Positions 19,447 to 30,063 of a stretch of DNA of 64,000 nt are shown in pieces. The position numbers were made by a program, and so were the translations under genes. Origin of the DNA: an uncultured Bacteroidia bacterium (GTDB lineage Bacteria; Bacteroidota; Bacteroidia; Bacteroidales; UBA932); the NCBI GenBank assembly GCA_902788095.1, contig CADAIT010000011.1:1949-65948 (forward strand), read 5' to 3'. A model generated the notes under the pieces. That model did not search any database, was not told the DNA's origin, and saw only the letters and a list, made by a program, of their open reading frames with translations. Positions within the stretch are counted from its first letter, which is position 1, and every line of letters begins with the position of its first letter.

Positions 19447-22400
19447 TTAGAAGGTCAGGTTGACACCAAAGGTGAAGGAACGGATGGTAGGATATTTGTC
19501 ACGGTCGTCGATACCGGCGCCCCAGAAGGGGTTGCCATTCTCGATTTCCGGGTCCAGTCCGCTGTATTTGGTGAGGCATACCAGATTGTTGCCGGAAACG
19601 TAAACGCGAGCGTTCTTGATGTATTTGACATTCTTCGTATTGAAGGTGTAACCCAGGGTCACGTTGTCCAGTTTCAGGTAGTCGCCGTCTTCGAGGAATT
19701 CGCTGATGAAAACCTGGGTCTGACCGGTACCGAGCGCCTTGTATGCGCCGGTGGGCTGTTTGGTTTCTAGGTTATAGACCGGGAGCTCGTTGGCAGCGCT
19801 CTTGAGGCGGTTGTACTGGATGGAGTTGTTCTGGTAGAACAGGCGCTGGTTGTTCAGAATCTTGAAGCCAAGCTGGCTGGAAAGCTGAATGCCCAGGTCG
19901 AATCCTTTGTAGCGGAAGGTGTTGCCCCAGTTGAGAACCATTGCAGGAACACCGGAGCCCAGCCACTGGCGATACTGGTCATCATTGAGTTCGGTGGAGG
20001 ACTCGGTCCAGGTTCCGTCGGGGAGTTCGACAATCCATTTGCCGTTTTCGCTCACGCCGTGGATGGATTTCAAGCCCCAGAAGCGGCCGGTGGCTTCACC
20101 CACCACTACGCGGTGCGTGCTTACGGAAACGGGGTCGCTGATGCCGCCCACGTTCATCCAGTCGGAGGTTTCGTAGAGATCGTTGGACAGGCTGACGAGT
20201 TTGTTGGCATTGGAGGAAAGGGTGAGTACGCTGTTCCATTCGAAGTCGCGGGTTCTCACGGGGATGCCGCCGATCATGACTTCTATACCCTTGTTGTTCA
20301 TCTGTCCCACGTTGGCAAGCGTCGAGTTGAACTTGTTGGGCGGAAGCGGAACATCGTACCAGTACAGCAGGCCGGTGGTAGTCTTGTCATATACATCCAG
20401 GCTGCCGTACAGACGACCGTCCCAGAAGCCGAAGTCAACACCTACGTTGAACTCGGAAGAGGTTTCCCAGGAAAGATCCGGGTTGGGGTTCTGGGAAGCT
20501 CTGAGGGCCAGTTCCCACTTGCCCGTGGCGGGATTGAAGAACTTGCCGCTGTACTCGTAAGCAACCAGAGAGGCGTAGGAACCGCCGGGGATGATACCGG
20601 TCATACCCCAACCGGCGCGGAGTTTGAGGTTGGTGAGCCAGCTGCGGGTTCCGCTCATGAAGCTTTCGTTCATGATATTCCAGCCCAGGGATACGGACGG
20701 GAAGTTACCCCACTGGTGGTTCTTACCAAACTTGGAGGAACCCTCGCGACGGAACGAAACCAGCACGTTGTAACGGTTGTCGTAACCGTAGGAGATACGG
20801 CCGAAGAAACCGATGAGGGTGTTGTCGTTCTTGTAGGAGGAGACACTGCCGTATTTGCGGAGGTTGCCGTCCACGATTTCGGCATAGCGGCCGTTACCCA
20901 AATTGTTGTAAAGGAATTTCTCGGAGGAGAAAGCGGAGTTGGATGCGCCGAAGCCTTCGTACACGTTGTAGTTGTAGGAATAACCTACGAGGCCGGAGAA
21001 GCGGTGTTTTCCCCAGATGTTTTCGTATTTGGAAGTGAGTTCCAGATAATCCTCGCGTCCGTCGTACTGGCTCTTGGAAGCAGAACCGTTGTATTCGGGC
21101 TTCTTGGCGGGATTGTTGTACCAATTCACATAGTTCTCGTAGTACAAGGAACTACGATACATCTCCGATACCGAATTGGTGCGGTGGGTGGCAAGCATGA
21201 GGTTGGTCTGCCATCCCTTTATGGGTTCCACGGTAATGTTTCCGGTGATGTTGGTCCACTCGCTCTTGGTGTCGCCGGTGGCTTCGTTCAGGATGGAAAC
21301 GGGGTTGTAGTACTGGAAACGGCCGAATTCTTCCACGTATCCCTTGGAAGGGTCGTTGTCCACGTAAACCGGGGATGTAGGGTTGCGGATAATCGCCTGA
21401 CGATAAGCGTACGACGGGTTGGCATCCGTGTTCTTGTGGATACCCTTGACAATGTTCAGGTTGATTTTCAGGATGTCGTTGAACAGGTACTGGGAAACGT
21501 CGAATCCCATTTTGAGGTCATTGCTGTCCGTGCTTTTGATGACACCTTGTTCGCCGCGGTAGGCGATGTTGGCCGAATAAGTGGTGCTCTTGGTGCCGCC
21601 GCTGATGGACAGGGTATTGTTGTGGGTGAAGCCGGGACGGGTAATTTCCTTGAGCCAGTCCGTGGAGTAGCCGTCATCGGGCAGGGCGGTCTTTTTGTCC
21701 GCAATTTCCTGCCAGCCCATGAAGTCCGCCTTTTTACCGAAGTGGGAGAGGGAGACATAACCGGAATAATTGACGGTTACATTCTCCTCGCGGCGGCCGG
21801 TCTTGGTGGTGATGAGGATGACGCCGTTGGCGCCGCGCGTACCATAGATGGCGGCGGCGGAGGCATCCTTCAGCACGGAGATGTCTGCGATGTTTTCCGG
21901 AGCCACGGTGCCCATGTCTCCGGGAACGCCGTCCACGAGGATGAGCGGGGTGAGGTCTCCTTGGATAGTGGTGGTACCACGCAAGCGGATGGTGCTGCCG
22001 GCATTCGGGTCACCGGAGGACTTGGTAATGTTCAGACCGGCCACTTTACCACGAATCATTTCGGAAGCGTCGTGGATGTTACCGACCAGGAAGTCTTCGC
22101 TCTTGACGGAAGCTACGGCAGAGGTGATGTCACCTTTACGCTGGGTGCCGTAGCCGATAACCACGGCGTCTTCCAGGGATAGATAATCCTCTTCCAAGAC
22201 CAGGTCTATCACCTTGCGGCCCTGTACGGGGACCTGCTGGGTGACGTAGCCGATGGCTGAAACGGTAAGGGTGGCGTCTGAAGGGACGGCATGGAGTTTG
22301 TATTTGCCGTCCGCATCGGATATGTCGCCAATGGTGGTTCCGGGAACAAGTACACCTACGCCGATGATGGGTTCACCTTTGGCATCGGTAACTGTACCGG

Positions 22401-22495
22401 TAACGTCAACGGTCCGCTGGGCGAGAGCCGATTGTGCCCCCCCCCATAAGCATAATACTTATGGCAACAGCGGAAAAAATTGATTTTAGTTGCAT
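19447..22495 (-). CDS. susC: SusC/RagA TonB-dependent transporter (module A), frameshifted at a G9 tract in the signal-peptide region
   Basis: VVIGYG, VLKDASAAAIYGTRGANGVILITTK, terminal FGVNLTF. The frame continues upstream of 22212 (AQSALAQRTVDVTGTVTDAKGEPIIG). ATG 22495 (MQLKSIFSAVAISIMLM) joins it if the C9 run at 22437-22445 loses one base. Confidence 0.9.
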
Positions 22496-22540
22496 AAGGT
22501 ATAAAGTTGGTTAATAGTTTGTGCTTTTTTGCAGCATCTG

Positions 22541-22606
22541 CAAATGTATGCGAAACATTTCTTGCGATATAAAACAATTGTCCAAGGTTTTTGAAAAATC
22601 GTCCAA
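22541..22606 (-). promoter_or_regulatory. susC-A promoter (-7 TACATTTG) with operator TTGGAC-N15-TTGGAC
   Basis: GTCCAA at 22580-22585 and 22601-22606 on the + strand; CAAATGTA at 22541-22548. Confidence 0.72.
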
Positions 22607-22607
22607 A

Positions 22608-25478
22608 CTATTCTTCGTTGAAAGCGGCTTGTGTTTTGGCCCATTCGTGGGGTGTCATGCCGAATTGCGCGGCAAAGACCTTCGAAAAATAACTGGGCGA
22701 CGAGAATCCGGTCATGTAGCAAATCTCGCCGACGGAGTGCTTGCCCTGGACCAGCAGGTTGGCGGCGGTGTTCAGCCTGGCCTGTGCAATAAGGTTGTTG
22801 GGCGTTTCGCCGGTATATTCCTTCACCTTGGCAAACAGGCCGGACCGGGAGATGGCCATTTCCTGGGAGAGGAACGCCACGGAAAGGTCCGGATTGGCCA
22901 GGTTTTCCGTTATCAGGCTGTCCAGCCGGGCCATGAATCCTTCCGGACTTGTGGCTGCGGGAGCGGCGGTTTCGGCGGCCGGCTCTTCCGGCTTTATCTG
23001 CCGCAGGTTGCCCACGATGCTGCGAAGCATCCGCTGGTTTTTGTCAATGATGGAGAGCTCCGGCGAGAAGAGGCTGCCTTTGAGTTTCTGTACCTGTATG
23101 CCGATTCCCGCCACCGGGGCGCTCAACTGATCCGCCAGGGCGGAGAGCATCTGCTTGCGGTCGTCCAGCTCCTCGCCTTTGACCAGGATTTCCGTCTTCC
23201 GTTCCACGCGCTTGATAAAGGCGCGGAGGGTGAGCCACACCAGCAGGCCGGCAAGGAGGACATAGAGCACGATGGCCACGTTGGAAAGAAGCGGATGCGG
23301 CCATATCTGGAATTCCAGCACGGCCCCTTCGTTCCACTCTCCGCTGTTGTTGCGGGCTTGCACGTGCAGCCGGTAATGGCGGGGGTGCAGGTGGTTCAGT
23401 GTCACCCAGTTCTGCTTGCCCAGGTCAACCCAGCGCCCGTCGCCTCCGGCCAGTTTGTACCGATACTCTACCTTCTCCGGGACGCTGTAGGTAGGGGCGG
23501 AAAAAGTGATGGTGAGGTTCCGCATGCGGTAAGGAAGCCGGATGTCCCGGGTTCCCTGGGAAAGGAAAACGTCCTCGTTTATTCCCGGCGCCGACGCGAG
23601 AAAACGGGTGAACAGCACCTGGGAAGCGGGGGGATTGGCCGGAACGGCGCCCGGAAAGAAAATGACAAAACCGTTGGCGGCGCCCAAATACACGTGCCCG
23701 TCTGCGGTAACGAGACCGGCGCCGGGCATGTACTGCTCCGTAAAGACACCGTCGTGCTCCCGGAAATGTTCCACGACGGGCTGGGTGCGCGGGCCGTACC
23801 GTTGCAGGGTCTGGGCTGTGGACAGCCACAACTGGGACGCATTGCAGACGGCAAAGCGAACGTCGGTTTCCGGGAGCATTACCTGCGGATTCTCCGGGGA
23901 CAGGACGGCAAAGCCGCGGCGGGTGCCGGCACACAGGACACCGTCGGAGAGTGACAGGTGGTTGATGTAGTCGTTGGGAAGCGGGGAGTTTTCGCCGGTC
24001 AGTTCTTCCCATGTCCCGTCCGGATTCCTGACGAAAATCCCTTTCCCGACTGTTCCGAACCAAAGTGTCCCTGCCGGGTCTCCCGCAATGGTGCCTACTA
24101 CTTCTCCGATGTTTTTCTCGAGCGTGAAACTGTCCTCGGAGTCCGTATATCGCCAGATGCCGGAGGCGCTTCCGGCCCACAGGCTCCCGTCCGGGGCGGT
24201 ATGGAAGGAATAGACGCTCACGGGGGTGTATTCTTTTACGGCACGGGTTCGCAGGTTAACACGCAAGGTCCTGTAGGGGTAGTTGCCAATCCACAGCCAG
24301 TCGCCCTGTCTGTGCAGGGCATGGATGTTCAGCGAGGCAAAACGGGCGGCCCACCCGGCCGAAGGGCTCCATCGTTCCGCCTTGCCGTTGTCGGGATGGT
24401 AGCGGAAAAGCCCGCCGTTGTCCGACCCTATCCAGATTCTGCCGTCGGGGTCCTCGCAGAAGCAGCTGACCGCCAGGTCTTCGTCAATGTCCGTAAGGTT
24501 CGACAGGGACAAGGACTGGAACAGGCCGTTCCCCGGAGGTACGTAATTGACGCCGCCATAGTAGGTTCCTATCCACAGGCCGTTTTCGTGGTCCTTGAGC
24601 AGGGGATAGACAAATTTGTTGGACAGGGAGAGCGGGGCGTGGCGCTTGTTGGTGTACAGGGTGCTTTCTCCGGTGAACGGGTCCACCTGGAGGAGGCCGT
24701 CGTCGGACCCGGCCAGCAGGTTGCGGGAAGACTCCTGCAGCAGGGAGTGGATGCGGGTGAGCCCGGTACGGTACGGAACCACGCAGCGGATGGTGCGGGT
24801 GGAGGGGTCCAGGCGGTAGATGCCCTTGTCCCAGGTTCCCAGCCAAATATTGCCGCCTCCGTCTTCTTCCAACGCGCATACGCGTGCGGGCGCGCATTGA
24901 TAATAAGTGAAGGAGGGGGATGTGAATTCTTCCGTGGAGGCGTTGAACAGATACAGGCCCTCCGGCGCCGTCAGGGATGCTACCCACAGGCGGCCCTCCG
25001 CCGTAAAACGGATGGCTTCGATGTTCTGTCCTTCCAGAAAGCCGGTGACGGTGCCGTTGTACAGGCGGAAAATACCATCTTCCAGGGTGCCCAGCCACAG
25101 GGCTCCGTCACTGTCTTCCGCCATGCAGGTATAGTGGACCGGCGGTGCTTCCGTAACCACCTGCATTTTTATGCCGTCGTACCGGTACAGGGCTTCATCG
25201 GTTCCGGCCCATAAATTTTTCGAGGCGTCTTCCCACAGGCAGTTGACGCCGGAAACGGAAAGTTCGTGATGAATCACTTCGCGCCCGTCGAAACTGTCCA
25301 GGCCGTCGGCCGTTCCAATCCAAACCAGTCCGCGGTGGTCCTGCAACAAACAGCGGATGGTGTTGGACGATAATCCGCCGCTGATGTCCAGGTGCCTGAA
25401 ACTGTAGCCGGTGCTCGCTGCAGCCATGTGTATGGCTAATAAAACCAGAATAAATGTGGTCAGTCCCTTTTTCTTCAT
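22608..25478 (-). CDS. HTCS-like membrane sensor/AraC regulator lacking HATPase and receiver domains
   Basis: Beta-propeller Reg_prop repeats (GLSSNTI, WIGT..GL), Y_Y_Y domain, one TM helix, short degenerate HisKA-like helix, AraC HTH (GFSSPSYFSKVF..QFG.TP); start MKKKG at 25478. Confidence 0.85.
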   Translation of the reverse strand: MKKKGLTTFILVLLAIHMAAASTGYSFRHLDISGGLSSNTIRCLLQDHRGLVWIGTADGLDSFDGREVIHHELSVSGVNCLWEDASKNLWAGTDEALYRYDGIKMQVVTEAPPVHYTCMAEDSDGALWLGTLEDGIFRLYNGTVTGFLEGQNIEAIRFTAEGRLWVASLTAPEGLYLFNASTEEFTSPSFTYYQCAPARVCALEEDGGGNIWLGTWDKGIYRLDPSTRTIRCVVPYRTGLTRIHSLLQESSRNLLAGSDDGLLQVDPFTGESTLYTNKRHAPLSLSNKFVYPLLKDHENGLWIGTYYGGVNYVPPGNGLFQSLSLSNLTDIDEDLAVSCFCEDPDGRIWIGSDNGGLFRYHPDNGKAERWSPSAGWAARFASLNIHALHRQGDWLWIGNYPYRTLRVNLRTRAVKEYTPVSVYSFHTAPDGSLWAGSASGIWRYTDSEDSFTLEKNIGEVVGTIAGDPAGTLWFGTVGKGIFVRNPDGTWEELTGENSPLPNDYINHLSLSDGVLCAGTRRGFAVLSPENPQVMLPETDVRFAVCNASQLWLSTAQTLQRYGPRTQPVVEHFREHDGVFTEQYMPGAGLVTADGHVYLGAANGFVIFFPGAVPANPPASQVLFTRFLASAPGINEDVFLSQGTRDIRLPYRMRNLTITFSAPTYSVPEKVEYRYKLAGGDGRWVDLGKQNWVTLNHLHPRHYRLHVQARNNSGEWNEGAVLEFQIWPHPLLSNVAIVLYVLLAGLLVWLTLRAFIKRVERKTEILVKGEELDDRKQMLSALADQLSAPVAGIGIQVQKLKGSLFSPELSIIDKNQRMLRSIVGNLRQIKPEEPAAETAAPAATSPEGFMARLDSLITENLANPDLSVAFLSQEMAISRSGLFAKVKEYTGETPNNLIAQARLNTAANLLVQGKHSVGEICYMTGFSSPSYFSKVFAAQFGMTPHEWAKTQAAFNEE

Positions 25479-25522
25479 ACGGCAAAGATAGTTGAAATTT
25501 TTCACTTTTCTTTCATTTGTCT

Positions 25523-25588
25523 TTGGACGATTTTACAAAACAATTGGATTTTGTTTCTTTGTTTTACCGCCCGAATTGAATAATTTTG
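25523..25588 (+). promoter_or_regulatory. GH127 operon promoter (-33 TTTG 25558, -7 TAATTTTG 25581) with operator TTGGAC-N15-TTGGAT
   Basis: Hexamers at 25523-25528 and 25544-25549; 31 nt to the -7 box. Confidence 0.72.
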
Positions 25589-25612
25589 CCCTGACACGTA
25601 ACACAAGAAACT

Positions 25613-28030
25613 ATGTCCAAGCATTTCATTACCATTCTGGCCGGTCTGGCAATTCTCGTTTCCGCCAGCGCCCAGCCTGTTTCCAATGCCGGTTATCCCA
25701 TCAATCCGGTCCCGTTTACAAGCGTTAAAATCGAGCAGAACTCCTTCTGGGGGCAGCGTCTGCAGGCGTCCCGCGAGGTCACCATTCCGCTGGCTTTTTC
25801 CAAGTGCGAAAGCGAAGGCCGCTATGAGAACTTCGTGAAGGCGGAAAAGCAGATGCACTCCCCGGTGAACCTGGGTTATGAGGTAAAGGGCTATTCCTTC
25901 GACGACACGGATGTGTACAAAACCATCGAAGGAGCCTCCTATGTGCTGCAAACCTATCCGGACAAAAAACTGGAGCGTTACATAGACAGCGTGCTGGTCA
26001 TCGTGGCCGCCGCACAGGAGCCGGACGGCTACCTGTACACCGCCCGTACCATGAATCCGGAACACCCGCACGAGTGGGCCGGCGACCGCCGCTGGGTGAA
26101 GGACGAAGATTTGAGCCATGAACTGTACAATCTGGGCCACATGGTGGATGCCGCCGTTGCCCATTATCAGGCCACCGGCAAGCGCAATTTCCTGGATATC
26201 GCCATCAAATATGCCGACTGCGTGGTTCGGGAAGTGGGTGCCGGCCCCGGCCAGGCCCGCGTGGTGCCCGGCCATCAGATTGCGGAAATGGCCCTCTCAC
26301 GCCTGTATCTGGCCACCGGGGAGAAGAAATACCTGGACGAGGCCAAATTCTTCCTGGACGAGCGCGGCAAAACCGAGTACCGTAACGAATACAACCAGAC
26401 GCATCTGCCCGTGCTGGAGCAGGACGAGGCCGTAGGACATGCCGTCCGTGCCGCCTACATGTATGCCGGCATGGCGGACGTGGCCGCCCTCACCGGTGAC
26501 GAAGGCTACATCCACGCCATCGACAGAATCTGGGAGAACATTGTCTCCAAAAAGCTGTACATTACCGGCGGCATCGGCGCCACCAACGCCGGAGAGGCCT
26601 TCGGGGAGAACTACCAGCTGCCCAACATGAGCGCCTATTGCGAAACCTGCGCCGCCATCGGCAATGTCTATGTGAACCATCGCATGTTCCTCCTGCACGG
26701 GGAATCCAAATACTACGATGTCCTGGAGCGCACCCTGTACAACGGCCTTATCAGCGGCGTTTCGCTGGAGGGCAACGGCTTCTTCTATCCCAATCCGCTG
26801 GAGAGCATCGGCCAGCATCAGCGCCAGGCCTGGTTCGGCTGCGCCTGCTGCCCGTCCAACATTGCGCGTTTCATCCCTTCCGTGCCGGGTTATGTGTACG
26901 CCGTAAAGGACAACGCCCTGTACGTGAATCTCTTCATGCCCAATACCATGAAGCAGAAGGTGCTGGGCAAGGAAGTGGTGCTTTCGCAGCACACCTCCTA
27001 TCCCTGGAACGGGAATATCGACATTACCGTTGACAAGACGGCCCTCCGCAAGGAAATGGCCCTCAAAATCCGCATCCCCGGCTGGGTGCGGGGAGAGGTG
27101 GTTCCCTCGGACCTGTACAAATATGCGGATGGCAAACGCCTGGGTTACACCGTGAGCCTGAACGGCGAGAAAGTGGAAGGCGAACTGGTGGACGGTTACT
27201 TTGTCATTTCCCGCAAGTGGAAGAAGGGAGACAAGGTGAGCGTGCATTTCGACATGGAGCCCCGCGTGGTGAAGGCCCATCAGCTGGTCAAGGCGGATCA
27301 GGGCCGCATCAGCGTGGAGCGCGGTCCCGTGGTGTACTGCGCCGAATGGCCTGACAACCCCGGTTTCAGCGTACGCAGCATCCTCATGAACCAGGCCCCC
27401 AAGTTCGGCGTGCAACATGCCGACGAACTCTTCGGCATTGAGAAAATATATACGGACGCCCAGACGCTTTCCTTCGGGGAAGACGGCCGCCTGGCCACCC
27501 GCGATGTCAGACTCACCCTCATTCCGTACTATGCCTGGTGCCACCGCGGCAGCGGCGAAATGGCCGTCTGGCTCCCGCAGACGCTGCGTGCCACCAAGCC
27601 TTCCAAGCCGGCGACGCTGGCCTCCGAGAGCGTGATTGACGCTTCCCACAAGGTCCGTTCCATCGGTGCCATCAACGACCAGCTTATTCCTGGAGATGAG
27701 TCATCCCCGTACTACCACTGGTGGCCCAAGAACGGCGGCACCGAATGGATCAGCTATACCTTCAAGGCCCCTGCCACCGTGTCTTCCAGCACCATTTATT
27801 GGTTCGACGACCAGCCCTGGGGCGGCTGCTCCGTGCCCAAGGCCTGGCGCATCCTTTACAAGAACGCGGAAGGGGAGTGGGTACCCGTACAGGGCGCCGG
27901 CAACTATCCTACCGTCAAAGGCGCCGCCTGTGAGGTGAACTTCACGCCGGTTACCACCAGCGCCGTTAAACTGGAAGTGGACCTGCCGGAAGAGCGTTCC
28001 GCCGGTCTGTATGAGTGGGAGGTGAAATGA
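25613..28030 (+). CDS. GH127 beta-L-arabinofuranosidase (HypBA1-like) with C-terminal discoidin/CBM32-like domain
   Basis: Signal peptide; HELYNLGH, GHAVRAAY, ITGGIG, ETCAAIG, ERTLYN, CACCPSN Zn/Cys motifs. Confidence 0.92.
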   Translation: MSKHFITILAGLAILVSASAQPVSNAGYPINPVPFTSVKIEQNSFWGQRLQASREVTIPLAFSKCESEGRYENFVKAEKQMHSPVNLGYEVKGYSFDDTDVYKTIEGASYVLQTYPDKKLERYIDSVLVIVAAAQEPDGYLYTARTMNPEHPHEWAGDRRWVKDEDLSHELYNLGHMVDAAVAHYQATGKRNFLDIAIKYADCVVREVGAGPGQARVVPGHQIAEMALSRLYLATGEKKYLDEAKFFLDERGKTEYRNEYNQTHLPVLEQDEAVGHAVRAAYMYAGMADVAALTGDEGYIHAIDRIWENIVSKKLYITGGIGATNAGEAFGENYQLPNMSAYCETCAAIGNVYVNHRMFLLHGESKYYDVLERTLYNGLISGVSLEGNGFFYPNPLESIGQHQRQAWFGCACCPSNIARFIPSVPGYVYAVKDNALYVNLFMPNTMKQKVLGKEVVLSQHTSYPWNGNIDITVDKTALRKEMALKIRIPGWVRGEVVPSDLYKYADGKRLGYTVSLNGEKVEGELVDGYFVISRKWKKGDKVSVHFDMEPRVVKAHQLVKADQGRISVERGPVVYCAEWPDNPGFSVRSILMNQAPKFGVQHADELFGIEKIYTDAQTLSFGEDGRLATRDVRLTLIPYYAWCHRGSGEMAVWLPQTLRATKPSKPATLASESVIDASHKVRSIGAINDQLIPGDESSPYYHWWPKNGGTEWISYTFKAPATVSSSTIYWFDDQPWGGCSVPKAWRILYKNAEGEWVPVQGAGNYPTVKGAACEVNFTPVTTSAVKLEVDLPEERSAGLYEWEVK

Positions 28031-30060
28031 GAAAAATCTTTGTAAGCGCAGCGCTCACGGCCCTTTGCCTGGCCGCGGGCGCCCAAACTCCCCAGAACGT
28101 ACTCAGGATAGATGTGGACGCCCCCGGCATTCCCATCCAGCCCACCATGTACGGCATTTTCCTGGAGGATATCAATTTTGCGGCCGACGGCGGCCTGTAT
28201 GCAGAAAAAATCAGCAACCGTTCCTTCGAGTACGACAACCCGCTGCAGGGCTGGAAAACCTTCGGCAAGGTGGAAGTGCGCACGGACGGCGCCCCGTTCG
28301 AACGCAACCCGCATTATGTACGATTCGGCTATCAAGGCCATCCCGCCCGCACGAGCGGCCTGCAGAACGACGGCTGGTTCGGAATCGGCTATGAAAAAGG
28401 GGCCGAATATAAACTGAGCTTCTGGGCCCGTACGGCCGGAAAGGCCAAAGAGGTGGGCCTAGCGGGCATTCTGTGCAATCCCGTCGGCCCGGTGGAAAAC
28501 CAGAACATGGCCTTGGCGGAAATTACCGTGAAGGGCGGCAAGTGGACCCGGTACGAGGCTACGCTCACCGCTCCGGAAACGCTGGAGAAGGGTGCTTTCC
28601 GCCTGCTGCTGTGGGACGGGGACCCGCAGGCGGCGGTGGACGTGGAGCACATCTCCCTGTTCCCTGCAGAGACCTTCCATAACGACGAAAACGGCCTCCG
28701 GAAGGACCTGGCGCAGGCCCTGGCGGACCTTCGTCCCGGCATCCTCCGTTTCCCCGGCGGCTGTATCGTGGAAGGTACCAGCCTGGAAAACCGGTATCAG
28801 TGGAAGAATACGGTAGGGCCGGTGGAAAATCGTCCCATCAATATCAACCGCTGGAACTACGGCACCTTTGAACGCATGTTCCCGGACTATTACCAGAGCG
28901 GCGGCCTGGGCTTTTATGAGTATTTCCGCCTGGCGGAGGAAATGGGCGCGGAGCCCGTTCCCATCGTGAGCTGCGGCATGGCCTGCCAGTTCCAGAACGA
29001 CCCCGCCTGGAAGCCCAACTGCTCCATGGAGGACCTTCAGAGCTATATTCAGGACGCGCTGGACCTTATTGAATTTGCCAACGGCTCCCCCAAGAGCAAG
29101 TGGGGCAAGGTGCGCGCCCAGATGGGCCATCCCGCCCCCTTCAATCTCAAATACCTGGGTATCGGCAACGAGCAGTGGGGCGAGGAGTTCATCGAACGTT
29201 TTGTCCCGTTCATGAACGCCGTTCGCGCCAAATATCCTGAAATCCGGATTATCGGCACTTCCGGTCCCTACTCCGGCGGCGAATGGTTCGACGACCTCTG
29301 GAAAGAGATGCGCAAACTCGACGTGGATTTGGTTGACGAGCATTATTACAGCTGGGAAGGCTTCTACGAGAAGCGGGCAGACCGCTATGACAATTATCCC
29401 CGCACCGGTCCCAAGGTGTTCGCAGGCGAATATGCCTGCCACGGCTCCGACGGCAAAAAGTTCAACCACTTCAACGCCGCCCTCCTGGAGGCCTCCTTCA
29501 TGACGGGCCTGGAGCGCAACGCGGACGTGGTGGTGATGTCCAGTTACGCGCCCACTTTTGCCCATGTCGAGGGCTGGCAGTGGCGTCCGGACCTCATCTG
29601 GTTCGACAATCTCCGTGTCATGAAAAGCTGCAGCTACTATGTCCAGCAGCTGTATGCCACCAACAAGGGAGACCGCGCCGTTCCCATCACGGTGGACGGC
29701 AAGCCCGTGGTGAATGCGAACGGCCTCAATGCCACCGCCGCCATTGACGACGCCACCGGTGACATTATCGTCAAGATGGCCAACGTGAATCCGTACTCGC
29801 AGGTGGTGCGCTTCGTATTGCCTGCCGGCGTGAAAGCGGCCGAAAAGACCAGTCTGCACAGCGACAACCCGATGACCGAAAACACCCTGGATGCCCCGGA
29901 AACCATCGTTCCGGAGACCCGGGCGCTGGATTGGACCCCCGTGGCGGACCCGGACAACGCCTGGCTGCTGGGCGTGCGCAAACAGAAAGACGGAAATATC
30001 GAATACAGCGAACGGCTGGGCGGACGAACCTTTGCCGTTTACAGATTTCACAGAAACTAA
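28027..30060 (+). CDS. GH51 alpha-L-arabinofuranosidase
   Basis: MYGIFLEDIN..ADGGLYAE, LRFPGGCIVEG, IGNEQWG, DEHYY, FAGEYA, LERNADVV; start MRKIF at 28027 overlaps the GH127 stop. Confidence 0.93.
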   Translation: MRKIFVSAALTALCLAAGAQTPQNVLRIDVDAPGIPIQPTMYGIFLEDINFAADGGLYAEKISNRSFEYDNPLQGWKTFGKVEVRTDGAPFERNPHYVRFGYQGHPARTSGLQNDGWFGIGYEKGAEYKLSFWARTAGKAKEVGLAGILCNPVGPVENQNMALAEITVKGGKWTRYEATLTAPETLEKGAFRLLLWDGDPQAAVDVEHISLFPAETFHNDENGLRKDLAQALADLRPGILRFPGGCIVEGTSLENRYQWKNTVGPVENRPININRWNYGTFERMFPDYYQSGGLGFYEYFRLAEEMGAEPVPIVSCGMACQFQNDPAWKPNCSMEDLQSYIQDALDLIEFANGSPKSKWGKVRAQMGHPAPFNLKYLGIGNEQWGEEFIERFVPFMNAVRAKYPEIRIIGTSGPYSGGEWFDDLWKEMRKLDVDLVDEHYYSWEGFYEKRADRYDNYPRTGPKVFAGEYACHGSDGKKFNHFNAALLEASFMTGLERNADVVVMSSYAPTFAHVEGWQWRPDLIWFDNLRVMKSCSYYVQQLYATNKGDRAVPITVDGKPVVNANGLNATAAIDDATGDIIVKMANVNPYSQVVRFVLPAGVKAAEKTSLHSDNPMTENTLDAPETIVPETRALDWTPVADPDNAWLLGVRKQKDGNIEYSERLGGRTFAVYRFHRN

Positions 30061-30063
30061 ACC

